IMG/VR virus record: IMGVR_UViG_3300016474_000883
DNA length: 20,000 nt
Source: an uncultured virus (IMG/VR IMGVR_UViG_3300016474_000883)
Lineage: Duplodnaviria; Heunggongvirae; Uroviricota; Caudoviricetes
Reading direction: 5' to 3' (one strand)
Shown: positions 1 to 8,321 of the stretch, piece after piece
Position numbering within the stretch: position 1 is the first letter of the stretch
Layout: every line of letters starts with the position of its first letter
Position numbers and translations under genes: made by a program
The notes under the pieces: model-generated
What the model was told of the DNA's origin: nothing
The model's database searches: none
What the model saw: only the letters and a program-made list of their open reading frames with translations

Positions 1-265
1 TTTTAGTTATAACAGCTTTTTGAGATGAGGCTTGACGATCTTCAGGAGATTTTTTAGCAGCAAACATTTTAGCTCTAGCTGAGCGTAATCTACTTCTAAG
101 TTCTTCTATGTCTTGGTTTCCTATTTCACCATTAAGAGCTAGATCTTCTAATTGTAACATTAATTTTCTAGCTTTATCACTAGCTTGACTATAGAGTTCA
201 TTCTCTTCTTTTAAAGATTTTTGAATTTCTTCTTTTATAATTTGTTGCAATTCTGATTTTTTCAT
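1..265 (-). CDS. Hypothetical protein, 3' end truncated by window edge; possible late/virion-associated protein (MKKSELQQIIKEEIQKSLKEE...)
   Basis: Not in the ORF track. Manual translation from ATG 265 is open to the edge. ATGA overlap with the stop of the upstream ORF (262-264). Helical, charged sequence. Confidence 0.8.
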   Translation of the reverse strand, partial: MKKSELQQIIKEEIQKSLKEENELYSQASDKARKLMLQLEDLALNGEIGNQDIEELRSRLRSARAKMFAAKKSPEDRQASSQKAVITK

Positions 266-417
266 AATTGAATTCCAAAATTAAACAATACTAATTTGTA
301 TACCTTTGAAGATACATCAACATTAAGTTCAAATAATGTTAATGATGATACACGAGCAACAAGTCTAAGTTTATCATGTTGTGTGTTAATTGCTTTCCAA
401 GAATTTGTAAATTTCAT
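262..417 (-). CDS. Small hypothetical protein (MKFTNSWK...)
   Basis: ORF track 262..447 starts at TTG. ATG 417 is preferred because a promoter-like motif lies at 435-446. The stop overlaps the next ATG. Confidence 0.65.
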   Translation of the reverse strand: MKFTNSWKAINTQHDKLRLVARVSSLTLFELNVDVSSKVYKLVLFNFGIQL

Positions 418-434
418 GATAACGGGTTTATATG

Positions 435-446
435 TTATACATATCA
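435..446 (-). promoter_or_regulatory. Putative late promoter motif TGATATGTATAA
   Basis: Identical 12-mer at 11630-11641; related AATATTTATRAT upstream of both endonuclease genes. Confidence 0.5.
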
Positions 447-3032
447 ACTAAATGAGAAAAATTTAGTTACATTAGCATTTAATGGCGGAAATTCCCACTT
501 TAGATCACTATAAAGTTCTTTTAATTTGTTTAATAATAATGATTCAAAAATTTCATCTATATCAATATATGTTTTAACAAATTTTTCTATTTCATCAGGT
601 ACTTTAGCATTTGGTAAACCAATTGTATCTAGTTTATACATGTTTGGTTTTAGATTAATGATAAAGATTTTATCACCTTCAATTATAGATTCATATTTTT
701 TATCTAATTTTTTAAACTTTAACAAGTCATTATAGCGAACTGCTGCTTTAGTATTTGAAGGTGCTTTTAATTTAAAATTACTAAACATTTCACCTGCACG
801 AGCTGGTATAAGGTAGGATGATATTTGTTTTACTCCAGTAGGTTTGCCTAGTTCCCTAATATCTGTTGTTTTAAGTGATTTATAGAAGTTAATGATTAGA
901 GCATCTAATTCATGTTTTGGTTTTCCAAATAGAATATCTTTAATAAAGTTTTCACCAAACTTTTTAAATAACTTATTCATATTGGATTTCATCAACTCTA
1001 ATCCTTTCATATCCAATTCCTCAACAGCAACACCTTCTTTATTGGTAATATACATAGCATATCTTCGTTTACCAGTAACCAAGATACCTTTAGCAATTAC
1101 TTCCTGTTTTAATTGGAAGTAGTGTTTTTTAGGGTCAATATTGAATATTTCCTTACAAAGAGCATTTAGATGATGATTAGATTCATCTTGTATTTCAGTT
1201 GCTAACTCTAGAATATGCTTGTCTTTATCTTCAGGTGTTGAATCTGGGTATCTATGTTTTAATAGGTCACCTAATTCAATATACATAGAATCAGTATCAC
1301 TAATACAAATATATTGTTTGTCTGAGTCTAGTTCAGTGTTTAGTTTATTATTAACAAACTTGATTGAATTTTGGGTTAATGACTGTCCTGTATTAGTGAT
1401 AGCGGCACTACAAATTAATTGACCATCAGTATAACGCCATCCACTTTTAGCAAATGTACCATACATTGCGTTTTGCAAAATTTTAAATGCATGTTGGAAC
1501 AAGTCATATAGTTTATAATTAGCCCAATCTTCTTCTTTACCTGCTTTTTTCTTTAACGCTCTATAATGTTCTCGTTTATCAAACCAACCTTCCAAAATCT
1601 TTGCTACAACACTTTGTTCATCAGTCTTAAACATAGCACCTGAAGCAGATATTGTAAATTTATTGTCTTCAATAATTTTGATTAGGTCTCCTAGTTTAAC
1701 TTTAGCTTGAGTTAAAGTATAGTTTTTCTTGTTTAGTTTTTCAACTATAACTTCTTCACTTGGATCTCGTTCTTTAAGTTTTTCTAGACTATGATTTTGC
1801 TCATATGTTGGTCTATGATCAACTTTAATTCTACCTACTAAGGTTTCAATACCTAAATTAAGTGATTTAATAATTGAAGGATATAGTGAAGTAAAATCTA
1901 AGTCAATAACATCAAAATACAAACCAGGAATAGGCTCTAACAAATAACCACCAGCATATGTTTCTTTAAAATTCTTTAATATTGGATTATGAGTAGTTGG
2001 TTTGTTTGGTGAAACAATATTTTCACGTCTTAGATACTTTAATATAGCACCCTCATTCATAACTGTATTCCAATAAATTGATTCATATGGGATATTACAG
2101 ATATGAGAGATCATAATTGTTAAGTCAATAAACTTAAGTTTAGCTTCTAATGCTTCAATGATTTCAACATCTCGAAGGTTATAATCAATAAACTTATTTA
2201 TATCATCTCTGAATAATGTGTTTAAGTTGCCTTCATATTCAATTTTACCTAGGTTAACATATTTGGTTCCAATGTCCCCTAATTTATATGATGGCTCTTC
2301 CTTCATAATGTATTTTTTATGAAGCAACATATAATCCAAACAATTTACACCTCCAATAGTGATTTGGTTTTCACCATTAAATTCTCTAGCATTTACTTTT
2401 TTAATTGGAGATAAACGTAATACCTCATCTTCACCTACAACTTGCTTGATTCGATAGTATAGGTAAGGCATATCGAAGTAATCCGAGTTATAACCAACTA
2501 ATATAGTGGGGTCTAGTTCTTCAAATTTGGATAAAAACTTACCTATTAGTTCTCTTTCGTTTCTACAAGGTATAATCAATTTACCATCTTGATTAATTTC
2601 TTTAATTTGGCCTGATGGATCAACAACAAGACATATTTTTTGTTTTGTAGTAACATCTATAAGAGCAATAGATGTAAGAGGCATAGGTGCTTGTTGAATA
2701 TAATGAGGTGTTAAAGCACCACCCATTTCAATCTCAATATCTATATAGACAATGTTATGCCAAGTAGGCACAACATCATCTTCTTTATAGTACAATTCTC
2801 GTAATACAACAAGTGACTTATCAATATCCTTTTCTAATAAATCAGGATCATCTTTGCTATATTTTTTAGTTGGTACAGCCCAACCACCTGTTAATACAGG
2901 TCTAGCAGTTTCACTCCATTCATTAGTACGTTTCCAATAAGTAGGCTGGTATTGAAATTCCATCCAGCCTTGCTTATCATCACGTAAGTAATAAGTGTAA
3001 GTACTAAAATCGTAATAGATTGATTGATACAT
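444..3032 (-). CDS. polB: Family B DNA polymerase with 3'-5' exonuclease domain
   Basis: ExoI DIE, ExoII GYNSDYFD, ExoIII YNLRDV; polymerase motif A DFTSLYPS, motif B KILQNAMYG, motif C DTDS, plus KRRY; 862 aa. Confidence 0.97.
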   Translation of the reverse strand: MYQSIYYDFSTYTYYLRDDKQGWMEFQYQPTYWKRTNEWSETARPVLTGGWAVPTKKYSKDDPDLLEKDIDKSLVVLRELYYKEDDVVPTWHNIVYIDIEIEMGGALTPHYIQQAPMPLTSIALIDVTTKQKICLVVDPSGQIKEINQDGKLIIPCRNERELIGKFLSKFEELDPTILVGYNSDYFDMPYLYYRIKQVVGEDEVLRLSPIKKVNAREFNGENQITIGGVNCLDYMLLHKKYIMKEEPSYKLGDIGTKYVNLGKIEYEGNLNTLFRDDINKFIDYNLRDVEIIEALEAKLKFIDLTIMISHICNIPYESIYWNTVMNEGAILKYLRRENIVSPNKPTTHNPILKNFKETYAGGYLLEPIPGLYFDVIDLDFTSLYPSIIKSLNLGIETLVGRIKVDHRPTYEQNHSLEKLKERDPSEEVIVEKLNKKNYTLTQAKVKLGDLIKIIEDNKFTISASGAMFKTDEQSVVAKILEGWFDKREHYRALKKKAGKEEDWANYKLYDLFQHAFKILQNAMYGTFAKSGWRYTDGQLICSAAITNTGQSLTQNSIKFVNNKLNTELDSDKQYICISDTDSMYIELGDLLKHRYPDSTPEDKDKHILELATEIQDESNHHLNALCKEIFNIDPKKHYFQLKQEVIAKGILVTGKRRYAMYITNKEGVAVEELDMKGLELMKSNMNKLFKKFGENFIKDILFGKPKHELDALIINFYKSLKTTDIRELGKPTGVKQISSYLIPARAGEMFSNFKLKAPSNTKAAVRYNDLLKFKKLDKKYESIIEGDKIFIINLKPNMYKLDTIGLPNAKVPDEIEKFVKTYIDIDEIFESLLLNKLKELYSDLKWEFPPLNANVTKFFSFS

Positions 3033-3553
3033 TATTTAAAAAATTGTTCAAGATTTGGTTTAAAGTAGTTAATTGACTTCATGACCTTGCGATCAGCAGT
3101 ACGATATACTACCCAATAGTCACCTTGTTTTTCATAGTGACATTCCATTCCTTGTTCAATTGTTCTGCGGTTAACAGTTTGTTGTGCTTCTTCTTCAGTC
3201 TTACAAACTTTACTCATATTTGATGCTTGTACCTCAGCATATGCATCTTGAATATGACCTTTTAAACCATGTAACATAGTTCCATTACCTAATGAAACAT
3301 AAGTGATATCACATAGAGCATCTAACACTCCTACAATATCTCCTTTTTGACATGCTTCTTTATATTCTTCTAGTTCCTCTAGAATAAAATTATAAACAAA
3401 CATCCATTCTTTTTCTTCTGGGATATTAGGAACATAGTTGTTCGGTTTACCCATTGTTTTGTTAAATACTTCTACTTCATCAACAAATGGAACTGATTCC
3501 ATTGCTTTTCTAACTGTGTTATAATCTACTGTTTTAGATTGAGACATGACCAT
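3032..3553 (-). CDS. MazG-like all-alpha NTP pyrophosphohydrolase (PRA-PH/DR2231-like)
   Basis: EELEEY...DALCDITYV acidic metal-binding motif, EVQASNMSK, KVMKS..YFKPNL. TAATG overlap with the polB start. Confidence 0.88.
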   Translation of the reverse strand: MVMSQSKTVDYNTVRKAMESVPFVDEVEVFNKTMGKPNNYVPNIPEEKEWMFVYNFILEELEEYKEACQKGDIVGVLDALCDITYVSLGNGTMLHGLKGHIQDAYAEVQASNMSKVCKTEEEAQQTVNRRTIEQGMECHYEKQGDYWVVYRTADRKVMKSINYFKPNLEQFFK

Positions 3554-3575
3554 TATTTATTTTAATTTGTTATTT

Positions 3576-4055
3576 TTATACTAATGATAAAATAATTCTA
3601 TCTTCTTTTTTGAAGCATTCACCATTAATTACCATATCACCATTTTCATTTTTTTCAGTTTCTACTGTACAATAAATCCATCTTAATTGTTGAAGTTGTG
3701 ATACAACACTTGTTATTTTGCACCATTTTGGTTTAAACATATCACTTGCTGTATCAATATCATCTAATAGTTTAAACATATATTTAATTATATTATCTAA
3801 TGTTGCAATATTAATACCTTTTCGTTGCATTATATCGGTATGGTATGTATCTTCAATCATTTTAACTAATTCATTATCAATGACATGTGCTTCTTTTGAT
3901 TTATTATAGCAATACCTAACATAATTTTTATTACCTTCTATTCCTTCATATCCTTCAAGAATATCTTCAATAGAACATAACACATCTCTTAATTTGTTTG
4001 CTGAATACAGCATTTGATCTTTGCTATTCATAACTTTTGTATTTAAATCTTCCAT
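3576..4055 (-). CDS. Hypothetical protein (start may be ATG 4031)
   Basis: 159-aa ORF filling the gap on the coding strand; no recognisable family. Confidence 0.75.
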   Translation of the reverse strand: MEDLNTKVMNSKDQMLYSANKLRDVLCSIEDILEGYEGIEGNKNYVRYCYNKSKEAHVIDNELVKMIEDTYHTDIMQRKGINIATLDNIIKYMFKLLDDIDTASDMFKPKWCKITSVVSQLQQLRWIYCTVETEKNENGDMVINGECFKKEDRIILSLV

Positions 4056-4650
4056 TTTTATCTTTTAAAATAATATAAATACTTTTAGGTTGGAGTCCAA
4101 ATTTAAGTCTGCATTTTTTTACTGAGGAGAAAATTTCTCCAGTGAGGGTGTCTATTACAGATTTGCCTGTTTTAGGTCCTGCTCCTAATTTAGGTTTATT
4201 TTTTCCACCTGCCCCAGGTTTTGGTTTACCTTTTTGTTTTAAATCAGGTTTTCCTTTTTTAGGACTTGGGATTCCAGTTTTTGCTTTACTTAAATTTTTA
4301 CAATGTTCTTCTGTTTTACTTTTACCAGTCATAGATTTGCTTATTTTTTCTCTAACTTGAGAAGAGCGTGGGCCTTGACCTATATCAAACAATTCACAAT
4401 TTAATCCTTCATTTATAGAGTTATAATATTGTTTCCAATATATTTCTCTTTCATTTAGTTTTTCTAAAACACATTCTTCTATAATCTCAAAAATATGAGT
4501 TTCAGGATTATGTTTTTTTAAAGAATTATAAAGTTTAGGTTGTTTTTTACAGTCTAATCTTTTATACTGTTTAAATCTTTTTTCTACATCTATGGACTGC
4601 CCAATGTATATTTTACCAGAAGGAGAAGTAATTTTGTAAATCCCAGTCAT
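4024..4650 (-). CDS. Free-standing GIY-YIG homing endonuclease with NUMOD3-like repeats and a C-terminal HTH/NUMOD1-like domain
   Basis: MTGIYKITSPSGKIYIGQS..R, catalytic Glu in EREIYW, GLN motif; TGKSKTEEHCKNLS NUMOD3-like; Lys/Gly/Pro-rich linker. Confidence 0.93.
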   Translation of the reverse strand: MTGIYKITSPSGKIYIGQSIDVEKRFKQYKRLDCKKQPKLYNSLKKHNPETHIFEIIEECVLEKLNEREIYWKQYYNSINEGLNCELFDIGQGPRSSQVREKISKSMTGKSKTEEHCKNLSKAKTGIPSPKKGKPDLKQKGKPKPGAGGKNKPKLGAGPKTGKSVIDTLTGEIFSSVKKCRLKFGLQPKSIYIILKDKNGRFKYKSYE

Positions 4651-4671
4651 AATATTTTATTATAAATATTA
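4650..4671 (-). promoter_or_regulatory. Putative late promoter AATATTTATAATAA inside an 8-bp AT inverted repeat touching the start codon
   Basis: taatattt (4650-4657) / aaatatta (4664-4671); 13/14 identity with the motif at 13565-13578. Confidence 0.45.
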
Positions 4672-4710
4672 GACCAAATCGACTTTATTACCTCTCCTTA
4701 AGGTATCTTA

Positions 4711-5403
4711 TTAAGAATTTTGCTTGTAATTAGAAGCTAATTCTACTGATTTAAAATATTCAGCTCTAACTTCTGGTTTAGTCATGAATACTCCTGTAAG
4801 GTGGTTAGTGACCATGACTGATCCTTGGTGGTTAGTACCACGGCATGAAACACATTGGTGTTCACCAACTATAGTAACAGCTACTCCTATATTACCTTCA
4901 CATACTTTATCTACAGCTTGATGAATAGCTATAGTAAGCTGTTCTTGGATAGCTCCTCGACGACCAAAGTGCTCTACAAGACGGTTTAATTTTGATAAAC
5001 CAATTACTCTTGCTTCTTCACCAGGAATATAAGCTATGTGTACTTTACCTAAAATAGTTTCATGGTGATGACTACACATACTGATCAATGGTATATTGGT
5101 TTGTAATACCATTCCAGCATATCCATCGCTAGGAAAAGATGTGATTTCAGGAGGAGCATTATATCTACCTTTCCATTGTTCCATGTACTTCTTAGCTACA
5201 CGACGAGGTGTATCAGCAGAGTTAGGATCATTTTTCCAATCGCATTTTAATGCTGTTAAAAAGTTACCAAAATGCTCAGTAGCTTCTTCAATCATTTGTT
5301 GTTTTTCCTCATTTGTTAGAGGTCTATCAGCTGCTGAACCATTAGCAAAACCTGTAGGGACACATTCAATGTCATTGTGAAATTTTTTTCTATTATTTTC
5401 CAT
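4711..5403 (-). CDS. folE: GTP cyclohydrolase I (type IA)
   Basis: DTPRRVAK, SMCSHH, GKVHIAYIP, IGLSKLNRLV, IQEQLT, HQCVSCRG motifs. Confidence 0.97.
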   Translation of the reverse strand: MENNRKKFHNDIECVPTGFANGSAADRPLTNEEKQQMIEEATEHFGNFLTALKCDWKNDPNSADTPRRVAKKYMEQWKGRYNAPPEITSFPSDGYAGMVLQTNIPLISMCSHHHETILGKVHIAYIPGEEARVIGLSKLNRLVEHFGRRGAIQEQLTIAIHQAVDKVCEGNIGVAVTIVGEHQCVSCRGTNHQGSVMVTNHLTGVFMTKPEVRAEYFKSVELASNYKQNS

Positions 5404-5408
5404 ATAAC

Positions 5409-5440
5409 CTAATATAATTTAATATTTTTAGATTGCCAAA
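5409..5440 (-). promoter_or_regulatory. Putative Bacteroidota-type sigma promoter TTTG-N20-TATATTAG, 5 nt before the folE ATG
   Basis: Same architecture at 10275-10306, 11139-11170 and 16229-16259. Confidence 0.55.
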
Positions 5441-5937
5441 ATATATGGCAAACTTCTTTTTCTACCCTCTTCATCATCCATTCCATAGCCAACTACCCAT
5501 TCATCATGAATCTCAAAACCATAAAGTGAATTTATAGGCATATCTACTTCATTGATGGCTCGTTTAATTAGTGTTACAACACCAACTCCAGAGGCACCTA
5601 AATCCATAAATTGATTTTTAAGTACTTGCATTGTTAAACCTGTGTCATAGATGTCATCTATAATATAGACAAACTTGTTTTTAACATCTAAAGATGAAGG
5701 AATAATAATTTCAGGCACTTCATGTTCTCTACCTTTATAAGATTTTACTCTAATAAAGTCACATTGTGGGTCTAAAAGAGCTAGTTGGTCAACTAGCTTA
5801 GAGTAAAACATAAAACCACCATTTAGTACTCCAACTAATACAATTGGATTACTTTCTTCTTTATGGCGGTTAAGGATTTGAACACCGATTTCTTTAATTC
5901 GATTTTCAATTTGGGATTTTTCAAATAATACTTTCAT
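5428..5937 (-). CDS. hpt: Hypoxanthine/guanine phosphoribosyltransferase-like protein (type I PRTase)
   Basis: VGVLNGGFMF, flexible-loop KSY, PRPP loop IIDDIYDTGLT, TLIK, WVVGYGMD...RSLPYI. Confidence 0.92.
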   Translation of the reverse strand: MKVLFEKSQIENRIKEIGVQILNRHKEESNPIVLVGVLNGGFMFYSKLVDQLALLDPQCDFIRVKSYKGREHEVPEIIIPSSLDVKNKFVYIIDDIYDTGLTMQVLKNQFMDLGASGVGVVTLIKRAINEVDMPINSLYGFEIHDEWVVGYGMDDEEGRKRSLPYILAI

Positions 5938-6196
5938 ATAGACTTTTTATCATGGTTGCTCCTGGGTAATGTCTTAATTTGCCTTTGTTGGCTAGAATAA
6001 GATGAGGATAATAATCTACCTCATACTCTTCTTCTAATTCAGTATTTTCATTAATTCGAATTAGTCTAAGGTTAAGTTTGGTAGCAATCTTTTGAACCAT
6101 AGGATTTGCTACTTTGCAACCACCACACCAATCAGCGTAGAAAAATAGTATTACATTTTCTTTTTCTACTGTTTCTTTTAGTAATTTTTTATCCAT
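5921..6196 (-). CDS. Thioredoxin-like protein (WCGGC)
   Basis: FFYADWCGGC and a cis-Pro-like YPH. ATG 6196, just after the queE stop, is preferred to the 6226 start. Confidence 0.88.
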   Translation of the reverse strand: MDKKLLKETVEKENVILFFYADWCGGCKVANPMVQKIATKLNLRLIRINENTELEEEYEVDYYPHLILANKGKLRHYPGATMIKSLYESII

Positions 6197-6197
6197 A

Positions 6198-6980
6198 TTA
6201 TACTTCTCGTTTAGTGTCAAAAGCAATTATATGTTCTCTACCTGTAAAGTTATATCCATTGTCTCTACAGAAATCCATCACCATAGGATAAACTCGAATT
6301 AATTCCTCTCTTGTATCACCAGGAGGCATAATCCATGTTTTACGTTTTGAGATATCCATCTCATGTCTAAATGTTTCTATTTCTTCCCATACTTCAGGCA
6401 TTTCAATAGGATTGCATACTGGTTTGAAGTGAAAATCATCATGGTATTCAATCATTTTTTGAATTGCTTCTTTATTAAGACGCAATTTGTTATGTTGGCC
6501 TATCATTTTTTGATCCACTTCTTTACCTTGCGGTGTAGATATTCCAATCCTAGGATTGCTATTGCTAAACTTAGGAGATAAAGATACCAAGCCGATTGGA
6601 TAGTCTGTTTCAATAAAATGTGAACCTTCTGTTTCTATTGTTATAAATATACCTTGCTTATATGCAAAATGAGTAAGTTCGTTAACAAGATCAGGATGCA
6701 TTGTTGGTGAACCACCTGTTAACATCATTTCTCTTGCGTGTGGGTATTTATTATACATTGCAATTATATCATTAAATGTATATTTACCTTTTTCAGGATG
6801 AATTGAGGTGTACCATGAATCACACCATCCACCTTCTCCAAACCAACATCTGTGAGTACAGCCTGTAGTTCTAATAACAATAGTAGGCATTCCGGCTCTA
6901 CTACCTTCACTTTGTACTGCGGGGTATAGTTCTACAATTGGTAGCACTTTGTTATAATCAGTTATTCTTCCTGGTTTCAT
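6198..6980 (-). CDS. queE: 7-carboxy-7-deazaguanine synthase (radical SAM)
   Basis: VQSEG..G.PT..IRTTGC, Cys motif CTHRCWFGEGGWCDS, LTGGSP, IETEGS, SLSPK; adjacent to queD and near queC/folE. Confidence 0.93.
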   Translation of the reverse strand: MKPGRITDYNKVLPIVELYPAVQSEGSRAGMPTIVIRTTGCTHRCWFGEGGWCDSWYTSIHPEKGKYTFNDIIAMYNKYPHAREMMLTGGSPTMHPDLVNELTHFAYKQGIFITIETEGSHFIETDYPIGLVSLSPKFSNSNPRIGISTPQGKEVDQKMIGQHNKLRLNKEAIQKMIEYHDDFHFKPVCNPIEMPEVWEEIETFRHEMDISKRKTWIMPPGDTREELIRVYPMVMDFCRDNGYNFTGREHIIAFDTKREV

Positions 6981-7027
6981 AAGTATAAATAAAATTAATG
7001 TTATAGGTTGGGGTTGAGGTATAGTAA

Positions 7028-7504
7028 TTATTCTTCATAGATAGATGAGTTGTTATCATTTTCAAAGCATTCTACTTTAATACATTTACATCTACCAGCA
7101 TCAGTATTAGCTAATACTTTATTAAAATGTTCATATACTAAACGAGCACAACTTTCAGCTCCCATTCGTTCAAGAAAATGCACTTTAGCTAATCCCATTT
7201 GACCTAACTGTTCAAATACATCAGCATATGGATCATCTTTTTGAATTAACAAAGTATGGTCCCACATATGGTTCATCCAATCTTTTAAACCATTACCTTG
7301 AGGTGGTGTTTTAAATCCACCATAATCAACAATCCAGTTCATATCATCTAACTGTTTGTCAATATCTGGTTCATTAGAGGCAAACCATACTTTGAATTTT
7401 AGAGCATAACCATGAAGTAGCTGGCAGTGTGAATGTTGTGCTTTCCATTGTCTAATTGCTACTGAGTAGTTTTCAAATAATTTTGTTGAGATATATCTAG
7501 CCAT
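7028..7504 (-). CDS. queD: 6-carboxy-5,6,7,8-tetrahydropterin synthase (PTPS/QueD family, variant)
   Basis: SHCQLLHGY, WIVDYG, WDH, GAE, C-terminal ENDNNSSIY; T-fold size; que-cluster context. Confidence 0.9.
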   Translation of the reverse strand: MARYISTKLFENYSVAIRQWKAQHSHCQLLHGYALKFKVWFASNEPDIDKQLDDMNWIVDYGGFKTPPQGNGLKDWMNHMWDHTLLIQKDDPYADVFEQLGQMGLAKVHFLERMGAESCARLVYEHFNKVLANTDAGRCKCIKVECFENDNNSSIYEE

Positions 7505-7510
7505 ATTATT

Positions 7511-7771
7511 TTATTTTACGATATCTTCATATGCTTGCCAAACTACTTTATCAGAAATTTGACCATTTTCATCAGTTTCAGTTTCACCTGTAGGCATTGC
7601 TAATAAAACATTATAGTTTTCATCTCGACCAATGGCTACAAAACCAAAACCTTCACAGATCATAGGTACATAATGATTTGGGTCTAATTGATTTGATACT
7701 TCTTCAATACAAAAATCCCATCCATATTCAGGGTCATTAATCTGAGCCCACTGTTTACTAAATTCAGCCAT
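7511..7771 (-). CDS. Hypothetical acidic protein
   Basis: 86-aa ORF overlapping the thioredoxin stop; contains ICEGFGF. Confidence 0.75.
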   Translation of the reverse strand: MAEFSKQWAQINDPEYGWDFCIEEVSNQLDPNHYVPMICEGFGFVAIGRDENYNVLLAMPTGETETDENGQISDKVVWQAYEDIVK

Positions 7772-8018
7772 AATTTAAAAAGTCTATAATTTGATTAAAT
7801 GATTTTACACCTGTAAATCTACGAACCTCTTGTCCGTTTTCTACCAATACCACTGTAGGAATATTTCTTATCTGGGCTGACTCAATAACAGATGGGTCAG
7901 CATAGTCAATATTAATTTTACGGATAGGTATTTGCTTGCTAACTTGATCCATAATTGGACCTAGTGTTTCACATGGTTTACACCATCCTGCGGAATAGTA
8001 AAATAATTCTTTACTCAT
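7764..8018 (-). CDS. Thioredoxin (WCKPC)
   Basis: YSAGWCKPC, IRNIPTVV, NGQEVRRFTG. Confidence 0.93.
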   Translation of the reverse strand: MSKELFYYSAGWCKPCETLGPIMDQVSKQIPIRKINIDYADPSVIESAQIRNIPTVVLVENGQEVRRFTGVKSFNQIIDFLNYG

Positions 8019-8170
8019 ACTAATTCCTCCAATATACCTAAAATTTCACTACTAACTAAAAATATAACAGCTGTAATTGGGTCTACTAGTAAAGCTAAAT
8101 AACCTGTAATTCGTAAAGCTGATTTAGTAAAACTAATTTTCTGATGTTTCTTCGGATCTGGGTGTTGCAT
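8015..8170 (-). CDS. Small membrane protein, 51 aa (MQHPDPKKHQKISFTKSALRITGYLALLVDPITAVIFLVSSEILGILEELV)
   Basis: Below the ORF-track cutoff; manually translated. Fills the gap, has an ATGA overlap with the thioredoxin start and a hydrophobic core. Confidence 0.8.
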   Translation of the reverse strand: MQHPDPKKHQKISFTKSALRITGYLALLVDPITAVIFLVSSEILGILEELV

Positions 8171-8321
8171 TTTGTTCTTGGTTTAATTTTTCTAAATGAG
8201 CTTGAAGTGCACTAGTATAAAGTTTTTCATATGCACGTTGAGCAGTTGCAATATTTGTATTACGTTTTGCTACTCGTTTGTTGTGGGCTTTTTTCCCACC
8301 TCGTTTTTTAGATGTTGGCAT
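8133..8321 (-). CDS. Small basic hypothetical protein, possibly nucleic-acid binding
   Basis: Lys/Arg-rich N-terminus MPTSKKRGGKKAHNKRVAKR; overlaps the queC stop. Confidence 0.7.
   Translation of the reverse strand: MPTSKKRGGKKAHNKRVAKRNTNIATAQRAYEKLYTSALQAHLEKLNQEQNATPRSEETSEN

Noticed and set aside
7004..7022. G-rich intergenic tract aggttggggttgaggtat (possible G-quadruplex)
   Set aside because: The G-runs are too short and irregular, it lies on the non-coding strand, and it is a single occurrence.
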